DNA of 61,848 nucleotides, filler included, from Choristocarpus tenellus KU-1152 (lineage: Eukaryota; Protista; Phaeophyceae), in the NCBI GenBank assembly GCA_964200185.2. It is 10 parts of 10 records of this genome, joined end to end, with 100 filler letters (N's around TTAATTAATTAA, not from the genome) between each part and the next. Parts side by side here need not be neighbours in the genome. Positions count along the whole stretch, not along the records: positions 3,652 to 18,512 come from CAXNAD020001101.1; positions 18,613 to 27,417 come from CAXNAD020004314.1; positions 27,518 to 38,182 come from CAXNAD020002799.1; 7 more parts are not named here. One strand, 5' to 3'. The translations under genes were made by a program, and so were the position numbers. The notes beneath the pieces are model-generated. The model was given only the letters and a program-made list of their open reading frames with translations. It was not told the origin of the DNA and made no database searches. Every line of letters begins with the position of its first letter. Position 1 is the first letter of the stretch. This document shows, piece by piece, positions 12,584-28,256 of this stretch.

Positions 12584-15500
12584 CCTGCATCCCGAGGGGG
12601 CGGCGCAAGAAAAGTGAAAAGCTTGGTAGTTAGAGCATTACTCCATGATCCAGTATCTTCTTCAGATTCAAGCATCATTCATGGTCGATCGGCTGGCATT
12701 TGAAGTGTAGAGACGACTTCTTCGGCATGACGAATGTCTACAAGCTTTCTAGATTAGGATCGAGTCAAGGCTTGTTCATGTGAATCGTGCGCCATCATGA
12801 TGTTTCGACTATATCGCTACGTGGAAACACTCGCTGGGCACACAAGTAGGTCAATGATGGCAAGAACCGAGGTTGCAAGCGACATTCACCTGGCAGTACG
12901 AAGAGTTTATGCTGGAAAGGAAGACAAACTCCTGCCCAGCACTTTGATGTAGCGACGAATATCCGAGGATTATTGATTGTGATGAAGGTGGGATGTGGTA
13001 GACATGCCAGTTGAACGGATTGATGGAAAGGCGTTTTGTCGAAACCGTCCGTGTTAAAGTTCATATAATCAGCAGTATTGTTTGTCAGTATTAATATCAA
13101 TACACAAGCTGATTTCATATCCTAACCCTTGAAAACCGTAAATTTTAATCCCAGTAGCATTGTCATACAAACATCACGTATTACATACAATCAATGTGTG
13201 GGTATTTGGTCCAGCGTGGTTGTGATCTTTTGCTGCTCTTTCAACTATCTCCATTTCATTCATGCAAGTTGTTCATCTTGGGTTCTGTATCTCCCCTTCC
13301 TTTTGCTATTCACAAACCCTCAAGTCACTGCAGGCCCCTTTACACAGAGGGCTCGAGTGAATGGTTGGACTAGAGCTGATCAACTCATTGCGCACTGACA
13401 AACAAACAACAGTACAAACTCTCTCGCCTCTACATACACTGGTGTACTCCACCAAAGTAAAATCGAATTTTATCAGGTACCTTTGAGTGCCAACCAAGAT
13501 AAAAATGAAAGAGGAGGAGAGGCTCCACCATCTCCAGTCACAATGCTCCAGAGTCAAAGGAAATAATAGGTAGGCAAGGTCGCATATTGAGGATCCCGAG
13601 AAGAAGCAGAAATTCGTGATTTTGTTCGTTTGTGCGACAAGGGGGAGTGAGTATCAATTTGACATACCCTAATTGTACACATACAGGAATGAAATGGGGT
13701 GTATTATTGCACAGGGTAACATAGATGGCATAGCATGCAAAAGGAAGGACCTAAGCCTGCCCACCTCTCAGTTGCAATATTAGTTCTCCAGTAGCACCAG
13801 GAGGGACAACAGTGGGGATTTGTGCCCGTGATATTCAACACTAGCTTGAGATGTTTACCTAACCTGTGCACTGGTGGGGAACTGTGGCTATGCAATCATG
13901 CAAATGACTTAAGTAAACACACAAAGTGGTTAACAGAGAATTGAACTATAACACATAGACACCCTTAATTGATGTATCCCACTAGTAGTGAATCAGCAAT
14001 AGCAAACACGTCTCATCATTTGCCGACCACCTCAATCACAAAAAAATGCCGCAAAATAACAAAAAAAATGGCTGACGTCTGTACCGCACTTGAAAACGGT
14101 CAGAGGAGTAACAACTGTCCACACATCTAGAAATTGCTGATAGCTGTTCCGTGAAAAAGATACAAACTATTCCTGAATGTGATCCTCCTGACAAAAGTGG
14201 ACAGCACCATTTTCCCCTTTGTTAAAACAACCCTAGATTCTACAAATGGGTAGTCCATACTGATGTGGATTCTTCATCTCCATTATATCACAAATCAGAG
14301 ACAAATTCAAGACTCCTATTATATCTACGTTATTGTTGTGGCTTCAATCATTGATATTACACCTAACTGAGTCGAACCATGGCAAACCGGCAGATATAAT
14401 GCCCCCTTGTAATGGAAGCAAGAGGTAGATACCATACGAAGTGGGGAGGTGAGGAAGATTGTTCGTTCTTCCTGCTGCCACCTTACAGTCCGGTGTGTTC
14501 CATACCGCAAAAATTATATGTATTCCGTAAAAACTCCATATATATATACCTACCTCAAGTCCACACGGAAGCATCAGAAACAATACTATTCTTCGAATGA
14601 CCTGTTTTACAGACCTTAGCGCGACGGCAAAAAGAACAGTTTGAGAGAGTGACTCTGGACAGCATGCCCCCATCACAATCACAAAGCAACAGCCCTGAAA
14701 AGTAACAACAATCTTGATGTCCAAATAAGACACCTACTTCCTCACCTACAAGCTGGATAGGACACCCACCTACTTATACTTTGTATTGTATGCTACGAAC
14801 CATTACTTGACTTGGAGAGAAATCCCCTTGTTTTCTGACAATAGAGAGCAAAGGTGACAATTTACACATACGTACATATACTTCAGAGTATATATATTAC
14901 ATGCTGTTGAGTACATACACATATATGCGTACACACATACATAACACACTCCTATACATACACATGATACATACATACACACAAACAAATATTAATACAT
15001 GTACGAAAATTATACTGTGGTATACTACTACAAAATATTGTCTCCAGCATACAGAGATAAGGGGAGCAGGTAACCCCACCCCGAAACTTAGTCGTAAGGC
15101 TGGTTTTCCTTAATAATTTCCCATATGATAGGCCAGGGGGACTTACATGTGAACAGTCCAGATCATAGTCTCCTTCCACCAAGCCACAGGCAAATATTCA
15201 TCATCCTCTGGTCCACAAAATGAAAAGAGAAACAGAAATGCCGGTCTTGCCATGATTTGGTCAGAAATATCCCTTGGCGACGCCCTAAGATTTTGTGCTC
15301 TCTGATCCCCCTAGCCCTCTCCCCGATCTCAAAGACAACAAAAAACGAAGCACTTCCAAGATGTTTTCCTCCTGAGCATGCATACATCCAAAGTACTTTT
15401 TCAAGCACTCTTTTATTTATCAACCAAAGCTTTGCAAACACAAACAGAATGTCCCATTAGAGGCATTGCATCAATGTACAACCATGTCCCCGAGGGGGTG

Positions 15501-18230
15501 TGAGGTGTGGGACTTTGCATGTATATGTATGTACTTGCGATGCTGGAAAACTGTTCTGGATTGCTTCTGCTCTACTCTACCATCAATGTCATCAACACTG
15601 TCCTGTTGCTGAAGAGCAGGGGCAAAAGCAGTGGAAACCATCCCAGTCCGAAATCTTAATATACTGGTGATCAGCCTAAACCAGACTTTAAAAAAGAAAA
15701 AAAGAAACATCCAACGGTCAATAACTCAAGGTTTGACTGCTGTCAGAGGCAGGGCACAACTACTACAAAGTATCAAGAAATGAACAGGTCCTACTCCACA
15801 AAAACACAACACAAAAACACAGCAAGAAGAGGGAGGATTCAAACATCATGTTCCTGTGCCAGGTACATCAGAGTGTGTGGATACCTCTACTCTTTCACAC
15901 ACTGCACAATGTGTGTGGTAAACTTCGTCATCTTTCAAGCGCACTACTTGGGTCTCCACTCGAAAACATCTCCAACATCGTAATACTACATACAAGTAGC
16001 ACTTCTTTTTTTTTAGACAACCAATTGCGAGGCTGAATTAAGAGAAAACAGAAACAAAAATACACACACGCACACACACATAGATAGAAATACAAATGAA
16101 ATCAAACAACGAACTGGAGACCTACTGACTACTGCCCTGCAGTTTGTTCAACTCCTCCGATCACATCCACAGAGACAAAACATATGCTATTTTCTCAAAG
16201 CCATCCCTGTGTGGTGACTGTTACCAGTATACTGGGAGGAGGGGATGCACCTCCCTACAAACATTAGAATAATATTTATTTTTTTTAACGTACACTGAGA
16301 GTGTGCACTGGGATAGCAAGGTACTCGGTGAATTGGGTCAGAGTCCAACAATGTTCAAACACGTGGCTGGATGCTCTCCCTTCACCCAGACCTGGCATAA
16401 CCAGAGGACTTCCTGGATCAAGCGCTAAATACATGAAGGGCAAAAATATATACAAAAAAACTTCCTGTCAAACATACTCAACCAATCGAAGAGGTCAATA
16501 AGTAATCCTCAACCAATCAAAGAGTTCAACAAGTGGGGAATGCCGACAAGTAGACACATCCAATCTGCACCTCCTGCAGTCACTGCCACTACACGCTGCA
16601 GCTCTATTCCATTGCAAGGTAAAGCCGCTGGAGTGCAGGCTTCAACACTGACTGGACATCGCCTTGATTTGACACACAACTCACACTCAATTCAATTGAA
16701 AACAGGGCTGCACCTCGGCAGTACCCGGTACATAAGAAGAGGCAGATACAACGACTAATTTCCCTGCTTGCTAACTAGCTAACTACTTCAACAAGTGAGA
16801 AAAAAAAAAAATGAAACAGAATTCGTGCTTGCTAGTGGGGAATACTTTAGAATTGTAGATGTGCAGGGCACACGTACAGACAGACAGACAGACAGGCAGG
16901 CAGGTACAAACCTCAAGAGTCAAATCGAGTAACTTGCAAACCTGGAGATACTCACACCACACCACACCACACCTGACACCTGACACCTCATAAAATCCGA
17001 GTTAAGACATGTAAAAATCCTCTTATTGTTCCTGACAGAACATCATGCACACATAAAAATTGGGGGGCACCCTCATAGCAGGGAAAAGAGTATATAGTCC
17101 ACCCCATTCATATCCTTGCCCAGCAATACACCAGTAATGCACAAGGGGTTTGGTAGTATCACAGAGAAAGAGAGAGATAGAGCTCATCAAGACACAAGAT
17201 GACCCTCTTCCTTTGCAGATGAAGGATTGACAGTCTCACTAGATACACCAGATGTTAACCCCCATCATTGTGCCACCCATTCACATAACCCATGCCCTGA
17301 TCAACCTGGCTGTTAAGCCCTAACACTAACCTGTCCAAACCCCAGCCCTAGCCCCAAAAAACCAACCCAGAGTCAGACCCAGAGCCACCCACAGCACCAT
17401 AGGACAGACAACTCCTATAGCCCACTGATTCTACCTACTATGCCCGAGGTGTCCCAGAGCCAGCACCACAGTCATCCTCAGAGCCATTACCCAGGGCACT
17501 CCAAAAGTGCTACCACAGCTCCCGGAATCCTTTGATCCTAGCATATGTCATTTCTAGACTTCATCTCCCACCATCTCCGTATACCTGACCCTGTTGTATG
17601 CAGAAAGGGAATTATTACTAGCTATCTACCTTCACCTCCACAGGTCTTCGCAAGGTATCATCCAACAGGCTGATACCGATGACACACGTCAATTTCAGGG
17701 GAGAATTAAAAAAAAACAAAATTGTGCAACTTTTGTCAGAGTCAGAAAAAAATAGTTTTTTCTTACGTCTTTTCTCGGTCAAGAGGAACAAAAATCGCAA
17801 AACGACACTAAAATGTTAAAAAAAAAAAAGAGATTAAAGAAAAAGAAAAAAGGATCTTGATTGCAGTATGTCGAATATTGAGATACCACTCAAATTGAGT
17901 GGCACGATTCGTGGGGTGATGGACCCACAGAATATTCTGAGAAAGGTTCCATCCAGGCTCTTTTTCTTGTTTTTTGTATTTTTCAAGAATTGAGACAGTG
18001 TGCTTGTTCCCTTTCATCACTCTCCCAGGTTCACAGCGTTATCTGTCCCATCAGTGATATCTATCCCATCACTGATTACTTTATTTTTATACTTCCTATT
18101 TTCTAATTCATTGGAAAACAACAGCACGATAGCGGCAGGACACTCTGAGGATGCTCACACACTTACAGGTTCCCCAACAACAAGGTTCATATCTGAGTTT
18201 GCCATGCAAATCTTTCTCGTTGAATTAATC

Positions 18231-18260
18231 TAACCCTAACCCTAACCCTAACCCTAACCC
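18231..18260 (-). repeat. Interstitial (TTAGGG)n telomere-type repeat
   Basis: Five perfect TAACCC units. Degenerate tracts also occur near 17310-17360, 22387-22403, 59281-59300, 59605-59640 and 60515-60720. Confidence 0.85.
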
Positions 18261-21061
18261 TCAATTTTCATGCAACCGTTGGGTACGGAGCAAAGGGGGT
18301 AAGACAGAGGGAATGTTGAACTTGAATCATGGACAAATAATGTTTAAAATCACGTGACAACATAGAAATTACTGTTCCTGTTTTTTTATTTCAACAGAAC
18401 ACGGCAGCACATAATAAGAACTTTCTTCTCTTCTCTTCTCTTCTCTTCTCTTCTCTTGTCCAAGAACACCAAACCTCCAACAGGGGGGGGGGGAAAAAAT
18501 AATTCTGTACACNNNNNNNNNNNNNNNNNNNNNNNNNNNNNNNNNNNNNNNNNNNNTTAATTAATTAANNNNNNNNNNNNNNNNNNNNNNNNNNNNNNNN
18601 NNNNNNNNNNNNGTCGGATGGTTATTGTTAGTATATTTTTCGTGTTTTTGAACAAAATGGACACCCTGGTGTAGACCCCCCCCCCCCCACAGATACTTTG
18701 GCTCTCTCCATTTTTTTTTCTACGTCAATGACAAGACCAGTGTTGCTCTATTGATATTATCTCTTGATGTACAACATTACAGTAGTTATTAAAGAAGGCA
18801 TCACTACTACTACAAATAGTAATAGTTATACGCAATAGTGAACTGAAGGTCATTGACCATGAATACTTGGGAGCAATACAGTTCACAACCACAACAACGT
18901 TAGAATAGGAAGAGGGGAGGTAGGGGGAATAGAGAAAGTGCAGGAATTAGTCACAATGTGTGTGCAGCTATCAGTGTATTTAGTGAGTGGTGATAGTGGT
19001 AGAAGTTGCAGTAATGATAGTAGTAGTAGCAATAGTAGTGGAACACGAAACATCTTATGTTCAAACAGAAAATACAACGTTAAAACAAAACAAACAACGG
19101 GCATCATCATAGCCACTAGGTACATGCATTAGAATGGTAACAAAGCAAGCACACATGGACTAGATTGATCTTCATGTCAACGTTGTCCTCACCATTGACA
19201 AACTACACTAAGCACAAGAAAATGCCGTTTCTGTTCCTTCTCTCATCACAGAATAACCTTCAAACTTAATTTAGAGGAAACGTCACTCTGGTTTTCAATG
19301 AGTGACTCTAACTTCAAAAGATTCTGTGTTAAATACCTATTGTACCATGTTTGCTAGGGTGAAGGGACCTCATAGAACCCACAATGAGGGCTTCTATCTA
19401 ATGCTGAGAGATTAGCACATTCGAGTTTTAATAGGTAGGTGGGAGGACGGCTGAAGGGGTCTCCTAAAGCTTCCAAAAAAGAGCATATAATACTAAAGAG
19501 TCAAACTCTCACAAAACGACCCTACACAATCCCAACACAAATCGGGATCTGGGTAAACATATCATCCATCCAAGAGAGTACCACAAAGAGAAAATTGAGG
19601 AAAATTCAACCACCCCATGCAGTTGTGAGGGGCAATGTTGCCGCCTCCTATACTAAAATACGTGAAACCCAAAACACCATTCACTCATAATCATATATAT
19701 ATATATAGACTATCATTGCATAGAAGTATACCTGACAAACCCAATGTTTGTAACATTTTTCGCATTCCAGGTACAGATTTCGCCACCAGTTTAGGTGTGG
19801 GTAGTGTGTGTACTACCTACAACCTCAAGAGACACCCTAGAACTGGCCAGAAGGTCTGTGACCCTGTAGCCAGTTCTAGGGCGCTCTGTCGGTCATTGTA
19901 TATTGCACAGAGTAAATTACTGTCAGGAGCCTTACCTCTGACCTTGAGACTTTTGAAGGTTTGACCTTGACAACAACAGTTTTCAGGACATTTCATTGGA
20001 CCAGACAATCAATTAGCAAGGGCATGGTTGGCCCATCGACTGGATTGTAGAGAGCACACCACAGTTTTCGCTGTGAGAACATCATTTTTTGGTGTTTCAG
20101 TCTAAGGAAACATCCTACCATGTTATTATACCTTGTGTTATGGTTGCCAATAGCATACTTTCGAAGATGTCTTTACTATTAATACTATCCCATGCTTGTA
20201 ATAGAACTTGATGTTGAGGTGAGAGCAGGTTTTTGAGATCGCAACTACTCCTGTTGAAAGATTCTTAATACTTCAAAGTACTTGACATCTAGAGGCCTGA
20301 AAGTACTACCACACCTTTCCCGCCTGAATCTCCTCAAATGAAAATATGACATGCCAACCAGTAATAGATAAGTGACCTTCAACGAAAACAATAGGGACTC
20401 GATTTTTCGCCAGGCTCCACCTGGCTGTGAAATTCCTAACCTTCAAAAATTTAGAAATGCTGAGTTAGTTTGACAATGTCTTACGACTCCAACTCATGAT
20501 GGGTTCAAGGGGTAACAAAATGATATTTAAAGGTTGCTTCTTGTAAATCAAACCGTAAACCACAACCCTTCTCCCTTCCCTGGTGCTCTTGATTCATCGC
20601 AGTTCATATTACTTCCCAATTATCAAGAATATTCCCCGTAAATACGATTTGCTGCACATCTACTACCACATGGTTTACTACTGTGGACAAGTACAATACG
20701 CTGTAACCACTATTATACTGTTTTGATACCTTTGAAAACCTAGGTATAATGTACAGTGCCGAGCAGGAGGTCTCCCACTACAGTAGTGTATTGTAACAGT
20801 ATAGGTGTAGAAATCTATACTGCACTTATCTGTACAGAGGTACTGCTTAGCAAGTACAAAAACGTACCACTGAAGAGTACCTCTCCTCTAATTACCTCTT
20901 ACAGTGGTGGTGGTGGGATCACTCCTCTCTAGATAATACTGCATATGGCTGCTGCACTGATTACTTACCACCTAATGCAAGGCATAAAAAGTACCAATAT
21001 TGCTCGACTGTAGAAATCCGTCTATGTAACACAGCAAGCACTCTACAGTAGAACAAAAGTG

Positions 21062-24000
21062 TCACCACATGGACCCCTGAACGTGTTGATGGGAGGAGAG
21101 GATTACTGGTTGTTCCCACATTTCCATACTACTTCCGACATCTGATGTGGGATGGGCTGCGTCTTGAACAAACCTCACTATGCAGTAGTACAAAACCATA
21201 AGCAAGTTGGTTATTTGTACCATGTTCAAAGTACGACAGTAACAGTAACTTGCAATGGTGGTTAATAGTATCCTACCAAACAGAATCCCACCCAACCAAG
21301 AAACAATACCTGTACACACATACAAATTCAGTGTACATACAATAGCAAACAAACTAGTAAGCAGCCATCCCTCCCTGTACGGAACCCCAAATAATCATAC
21401 TGAACCTTGCTGCCCCCGCCAGGATGTGGCATTTGCTCTGTGAGCACGTGGGGTCACCTGAACAGGGTATAGTGAGAAGAGGGTCATGTCACCAAAAAAA
21501 AGTGTTGGGATGCACAATGAAGACAAGTTACACAAAAAAACGCACTCCCAAGTACTCATTATATTCTAATATATCTTCAACACAACTTAATTTCAAACTG
21601 GCTATCTTCTTATCTCAAACAACAGGGTCTGTGCATGGGAGACTCAGACACAGTCAGGCTGTTCTCGGTGTTGTGTTACATTTCCCTAACTCTAACAGTC
21701 TACGAAGAGGACAAGGTCATGTTCTTGTCATGAATGCCCATATCACCATTGAAATATAGTCACTTCTTAAACAACAGTTCTCATAATTAAATTCTTTATG
21801 GATTCCTCAACAGTCCTTAGTTACTATTAACAGTTCAAAGGTCTTCAACTATAATTCATATCTCTTCCAAAATCACACCAACAAATACCTTGTCCAAATA
21901 CAACTCCACAGTGAAATCCCTGTTGCTTAGCATACCTGTGGATGGATCTCCAGCCCAAATGCAAATACACAGACACTGATACTTTTTTATATATTATATC
22001 TCATCGAAAGCACATAGATTGTACTTCAACTAATGCAGTCAATAAATGTACATATACTCCGGAGTATATACTTAGATTAAATATTTTCAACCAGGGGATT
22101 AAATATGTGAGGCTTTGATAGAGTCGGTAGAACGGTATGACTAACTGTGAAAGAAAAAATGAAAGTATCAAGAATTGAATATATATACACAGATACATAC
22201 CTAACCAATACATCTGAATAGTGGCGACATATACCCTGTAACACCTTGTAACACTCATCCTCTGATCTGCTGGTATGTGGTTATCTTATGTGGAAATATC
22301 ATATTTGTAAAAAATGTCTGTCAATTATTTTTTGGTATTTTTACTTTACTGATTTCAAGTCAAACACCAACATCTGTGAGGTCAGCTAACCCTAACCCTA
22401 ACTCCAATAATCCCCTCAACAAAAGGCAGGCTACGCCAAGAGAGTCACAGTCCATTTTAGTCAACTCCCTACCCACCTTACCTTATAGCGTAGCCACCAT
22501 GAACAAAAAGCAGGTGATAGTGATAGTGTACTTACTTATCAACTAGAAGTGTACTTATCCTAGAAGCCTAATGTTGAAATAAAAAAAAGAGTGATAGTCA
22601 CCTCAAGGGCACCACTAGTACTTTCCACAAACTGTGGACCTAAGGCAAGTACTCATCCAACAACTTCATATTTCGTCAATCAGCTAGTGGTATAGTGGTA
22701 TAGTCATCACGCAGGGTCCTTCCCATGTCATCATGACATGCTGCCTGCAAATCGATTATCTTGTTGATGGTATAAGTAGATACACAATTCCGGTTCCACC
22801 CTACCTATCAAGTGCATCCCAGGTGATGATAACACATTAATAGGGACTGTGTGTGTACAGTGATACCCTTGCCTTCCTTGTAACCCCTACTCTCTGAATA
22901 AAAATATGAATATATTAATACATTTGAACCCTTGCACATGATGAACACAACCTACCAAACCACCCCTCACACCCACAACCCTAACCCTTACAATGAATGA
23001 TCCTCCTCTCTGTCCTCAATAGACTATTCCGTACAGACGAACTGGTCACTGCTGCCAACAAACTCTATTCTACTGACTACATAGTCACATTTACGCACAC
23101 AGAGTAGGCCAACAACCACACGACATACATCTCTTAATAAACTGCTAATTTGAGTACTACGCATAACATAATCCAAAGTAGTACTAATAGTTAATAAAGT
23201 TAGTTAATGCCTGACATCTCAGACTCATTCACAAAACATGTCAATGCCACAATAATACCCCATCAACATAACAACCACCTCCATGGAAAAGCATGATATA
23301 GTATGTAGGTTGACAGACCAGTGATATGATAACTGCTAAGTGTCCCCTCAGCTCACCTCTGATGGTCGTGTCAATACCCGGCTGCCTACCCTCTTTCTTG
23401 TGCCCTGTGTATTCAGTTGTTCAGTTAGCACATCGATCTCCCTCTCAATGGTATTAATCTTGGTCCACCAACAGTGTTTCCAGACATGTCCACCCAGATA
23501 AGATGAGGTGGTATATAGTATGTTTATCAGACAAGCACAACAAGACCATCTCCTCAAAAGTTGACTGAAAGGGTTAAATGGCATGAGGTGTAATGAACCC
23601 CAAACATAGTGTGTTTTTGACTTTAAAAACCACAAGAAGATATGGTGGGGAACTTGACAAAAAAACTCAAGCAATAACCAAGGAAACATCACACACAGAC
23701 ATGGCTGGAGGGTAAGGGGGAGAGGTATAGTGCAAGATATGTTGCGGCTGTGAAAGCTCCAGTATTGATTGTCAAGCTAGGTCTTGATTGCAGAAAAACA
23801 CTGTGCGAACACAAACTAAACCTGAGATTGCCCTGACACACAGCCACAACTAGAGCACACAATTGTACCATAAAATGTCACATACCTTTTAACTGCTTTA
23901 CACAGCTGCAACAGGCTTGGTAACAGCAAAACATAACATGTCCATTGTAACATATTTTAACATACATCCTTGAGGTTTAGTTCATAAGTGCCCAAAAGGG

Positions 24001-26256
24001 TGATGAAGATGAAGATGGATATAGATAGACTCTTTCACCCGAACAATCACCACAAGCAAAAGATTCCAAACAAGAAGTAAGAGGTACTAGCTCAAAGTAG
24101 ACCATGAATCTCCCCCCCACTCACTGCAGGGTCGTGTCTCTCCATTTCTGCAATCCTAGTTGACTGTTGTCTAGAAAACTCTCCTGCCCTTTGAGAAGCA
24201 CCAGTAGAGTGCCCAGGACCAACCCTGTCAACCCCAACACCTTGATTGGCAAAGGCTATCCTTAACCCTTCTCCTCCCGCCCTATCAGCCTGCTGCCCAA
24301 CACCATCTCCCACTATGTGCCTGTGTGAGGTCATGGAAGAGATTTGGAGGAGTCAAAATAGTTGGGAACTAGCAACATTACCAATGCCATACCCTCTGAT
24401 GATCAATATCCAAAAGGAGTGGTTGCAGGATTGATGTGATGTGATGTGATGTGATGTTGTGACCCAAAACATCTCAAAGGAGCAAAATGCTCTGTCATCA
24501 AATCTTCTTTGTATTAAAAGAAAAGACAAACCAAGGGGGGTGGTCAGCATCAGTCAGTCGTGTCAAAATAACCATGTTGTATTTCCATTCTGAGAGATCT
24601 TGTTCTGCATCAACCCTAAAGCAAGTTCATATTTTTCAACGTAAATGAGGCATTTCTCGGAATGATTCTACTGTGAGCGTGAGTCCTCCAAACAGTTAAA
24701 CTACTAACTAGTTTAAAGCAAAGTATTCCCTTCGATGACCACCAAAAGAACAATCAACACAAAGAACACAATCTCACATCCTTCCTCTTGTGTAACATAC
24801 CATCAAACTACATTTTCAACTGTCCTATGAAACAATATTAATAAATTAAAATATTTGTATAAAAAAAACATAAAACCATTACATGATGTATCACATTATT
24901 ATATTTTTACAATCATCATGCTAATACCACTTCACAATAGTATTACTGCCATGTCATCATGTCCACGTTTATCATCACCTCTATATATTCTTGATAAAAA
25001 AATTGTATTTTATTTATATTTTTATACATACCTACTACGCCTACTGCGCCGGCGGGATACTGGAGTATGATCAAGATTAAAGCTTTCCAGGGTGAGTCCA
25101 TTGTCCTCCAAGGCATTGACGAGGGATATATCCACATGAATAAGTTTCTTGGAAAGATCTTCGTTTTCTTCCTTGAGTGCCTTGTATTTCCTATCTGACG
25201 CCTGTGTCTTCACCTGAATGCAAAAGAGTTGATATTAATTGTTGCATGTTCATCACAATTCTACAATTGATCACTTGTGGCATACAAATCAAGACACTTA
25301 ATTGATTACTGATTACTACATGCTTAAAAACAAAAGATTCTCCATAAATCATTACATAAACCATTACAAACACACTAAACAAGGAACATCCATTGTCAAA
25401 CCTTAATACAAAACACTAAATGACCAAAAACATTTCTATTACTAAAGCTGCAATAGCACTAACTAACCTCCACAAAAGAAATTGTATCATTATTTTTTTC
25501 ATCAGAACACCTTGAACATTTAATGACTCCCATCTTTCAACATTCTATTGACAGTTCTTGACAATCACTACGTACCTCACCAATCAACAAGCTAGCTACC
25601 TATTATCAACCACCAAACAGAAGTGGGGATAGCTCTCATTGCTAGTCAACTCTTCCAGTACAATAAACAAGCTATATAACACAATAAATAATTTATATAT
25701 AATAAAATGTAACAAGTTATATAATACAATAAACAAGCTATATAATACAATAAGCAAAGATCCCCTTCACCATGCTAAGAAATAATGTGCTGAATCATAG
25801 TATTATTTTTTTTTCACCATTTCCATTGACAACAAAATAAGCATGCCAGGTCTAAACCCTAAAAAGACCACAATGAAACTTTCAAATAAATTAAATTAAT
25901 TGCACTGTCAAGATGAATATCAATATCAGTATCAATAGATCCCCTTCATGCTTATTACCAAGAGCACTTCTTGACTTAGATAAAGAGTTGTAACTGTTCA
26001 AATACTTCAATGTAACAATTGTGGCCCAGTGTAGAAACAAGCAAGATGTGAATGATTGTGACAAGATAGACTTCCAAAACATGAACAGACCAGTGCTTCG
26101 AAAAAAAAGTTTCACTGTTTCACTATTTAACTATTTCACTATTCAACTAATTAACTATTTCACCTGCAGTTCACGAATTGCAGTCTCCTTGACGGCATCC
26201 AACCCATCCAGCTTCTCCAGGCTCATCCAAAGTGCTGCACACTCCCTCTCTAAGGC
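21062..26256 (-). CDS. 3' part of a hypothetical coiled-coil protein gene (six exons)
   Basis: Phase-compatible GT-AG exons 26256-26164 (ALERECAALWMSLEKLDGLDAVKETAIRELQ), 25213-25032 (VKTQASDRKYKALKEENEDLSKKL...), 24320-24125 and 23458-23357 (INTIEREIDVLTEQL...). Exons 21457-21406 and 21177-21062 (stop) are less certain. Confidence 0.65.
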
Positions 26257-27518
26257 CTAATTTCAATTGGTTAACAACATAAGGGCCATACATATAGTTA
26301 GTTACATTGCAGCATACCACCACTGAAAAGGGAGCAACAGATAAGATCACCACAGAGTTATAAACTAAGATAACACCAGACCCACAGGAGTAGACAGGTC
26401 ACACATCAAACAGAAACAGAGGGCTAATAGTGAAAGGGTCTACACCAAGACTGTAACATAGGCAAGTCCAACAAGGAGAAGGGCCCTTCTTGGAACTGCA
26501 TAGCAGTGTCATTAGAGATAATTACTGTGCCAAGTGCCTTACGGGTGGCCAAGGTGATGCATGCAACATAGTGGTTAGATACTGTGCAGACTGATAAAAA
26601 AAAATTGTCGGTCTCTGCACATCAAAATTATCTGTCCCTGGACATCAAACGTTCCCAAAAAAGAAAGCCAAGACCTCTGCACCAGGTGTAAACCAAACAA
26701 AAACCAAACAAACCCTAGCGGTAGATCAATAAATGCTACTTGTATTAAACCAGATAAATTTATTGCAGATGCTAACGTTGAATATATAGGAAATTAGGAT
26801 GCAAAGGGAACATCTTTTACTAATTCTTGGATAAAGAGTTATTCAAAGGAGTATAATGATAATAAAACACCCAAAAACAATCATAACAAATAAAAAAACC
26901 CAAAAGTGATTAACCAAACAAAACCAAACAACAGGGATGCTGTCAGAGGAACAGTAAACTATTGAGGGGAGGGGGAGGTGGAGGACAAACAATGGTAAAT
27001 CAATAATAATCAAGTAGCTGCTAAGGCTAACTTCTCCAGAGTAAGTAAAACTGATTATAAGAGACAAGCACAATGCAAACAATTTGATAGTTCTAGAATT
27101 GAGCATAATTGTTTTTGTTTGATGTTGCTGCATTGTGAACCAGTGATTCAACAAAATCATACAATTCTTCAATCCAGTATTATATTATTATATTACCAAA
27201 CACAAGGTACTGTACCTTTAGCCAACAATCAACAATAGAAGTAGGTGGAAGTATTCTCTTAGAAGAAAAGAGTGTAATATTGATGTTTGGGGTATGATGA
27301 CTGAAGCCGCTTGAACCAGATTAGGAATGAACACTATGTACACTCTATGTACACTTCAGTATAAACCTAATCCTTGTCAACTCACTCATGCAAGGATATA
27401 AAAAAAACAAGACCCCCNNNNNNNNNNNNNNNNNNNNNNNNNNNNNNNNNNNNNNNNNNNNTTAATTAATTAANNNNNNNNNNNNNNNNNNNNNNNNNNN
27501 NNNNNNNNNNNNNNNNNC

Positions 27519-28073
27519 ATGCTTATGGCAAGCAAGGGGTCTAAACATGCTTTGAGTATAGTTCAGGGACTGAACAAGAAATTCCCAGTCGAGTATCTTG
27601 GGGACCAACTCATCGGCTATGCTGATGCTGATTACGCAAATTGTGTGATTTCAAGATTTTCAGTATCTGGTGGCGTGGTAATGTTTGGGGGTGCATGTGT
27701 GAGCTGGTGGTCCAAAATGCAGAAAACTGTTGCTTTGTCTACTACTGAGGCCGAATATGTGTCGTTGTGTGATTTGGCCAAAGAGGTTATGTTCTTGCAA
27801 CAAGTACAATACTTTTTGGAACCAGTACACGAGTATTGTGTACGATTGTTTGAAGACAATAGTGGGGCAATCAAGTTGGCTGAGAAGACAGCTTCAGGGG
27901 GTAGGACAAAACATATAGATATCAGATATCATTATGTCAGAAACCTAGTAAAAGAAGGGAAGGTAAAGATCATGTATGTAAACTCTGGTGAACAACATGG
28001 AGATTTGTTCACGAAGTCTTTGAGTGGTAATGTGTTTGAGTTTCACACTAGAACCATCATGCACTGTGAGTAA
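27519..28073 (+). mobile_element. Ty1/copia pol remnant: short RT piece fused to RNase H
   Basis: GYADAD, SW.SK.Q.TVALSTTEAEY, EDNSGAI, RTKHIDIRYHY and DLFTKSL are the copia RNase H motifs. Confidence 0.93.
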
Positions 28074-28256
28074 GGGGTAGTGTGCAGATTGAGTTCATTG
28101 GATTCATGATGAATGGACTGAGTAGGGGAGTGTGTCATGAGTTTGTTTGTCCATGTGTGGAATTAAGATTTGAAGTTTACAGGATAAGTTGATTTCAAGT
28201 TGGGTTTTATTGTTGGACTGATTTGATTCTCACTGCATAGTCAGAGCAGGGGAGTG

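Noticed and set aside
13300-18200. Multi-exon minus-strand gene
   Set aside because: Several AG...GT-bounded candidates exist (near 14555-14620, 15540-15685, 16295-16423, 16912-16941), but I could not chain them or recognise a domain.
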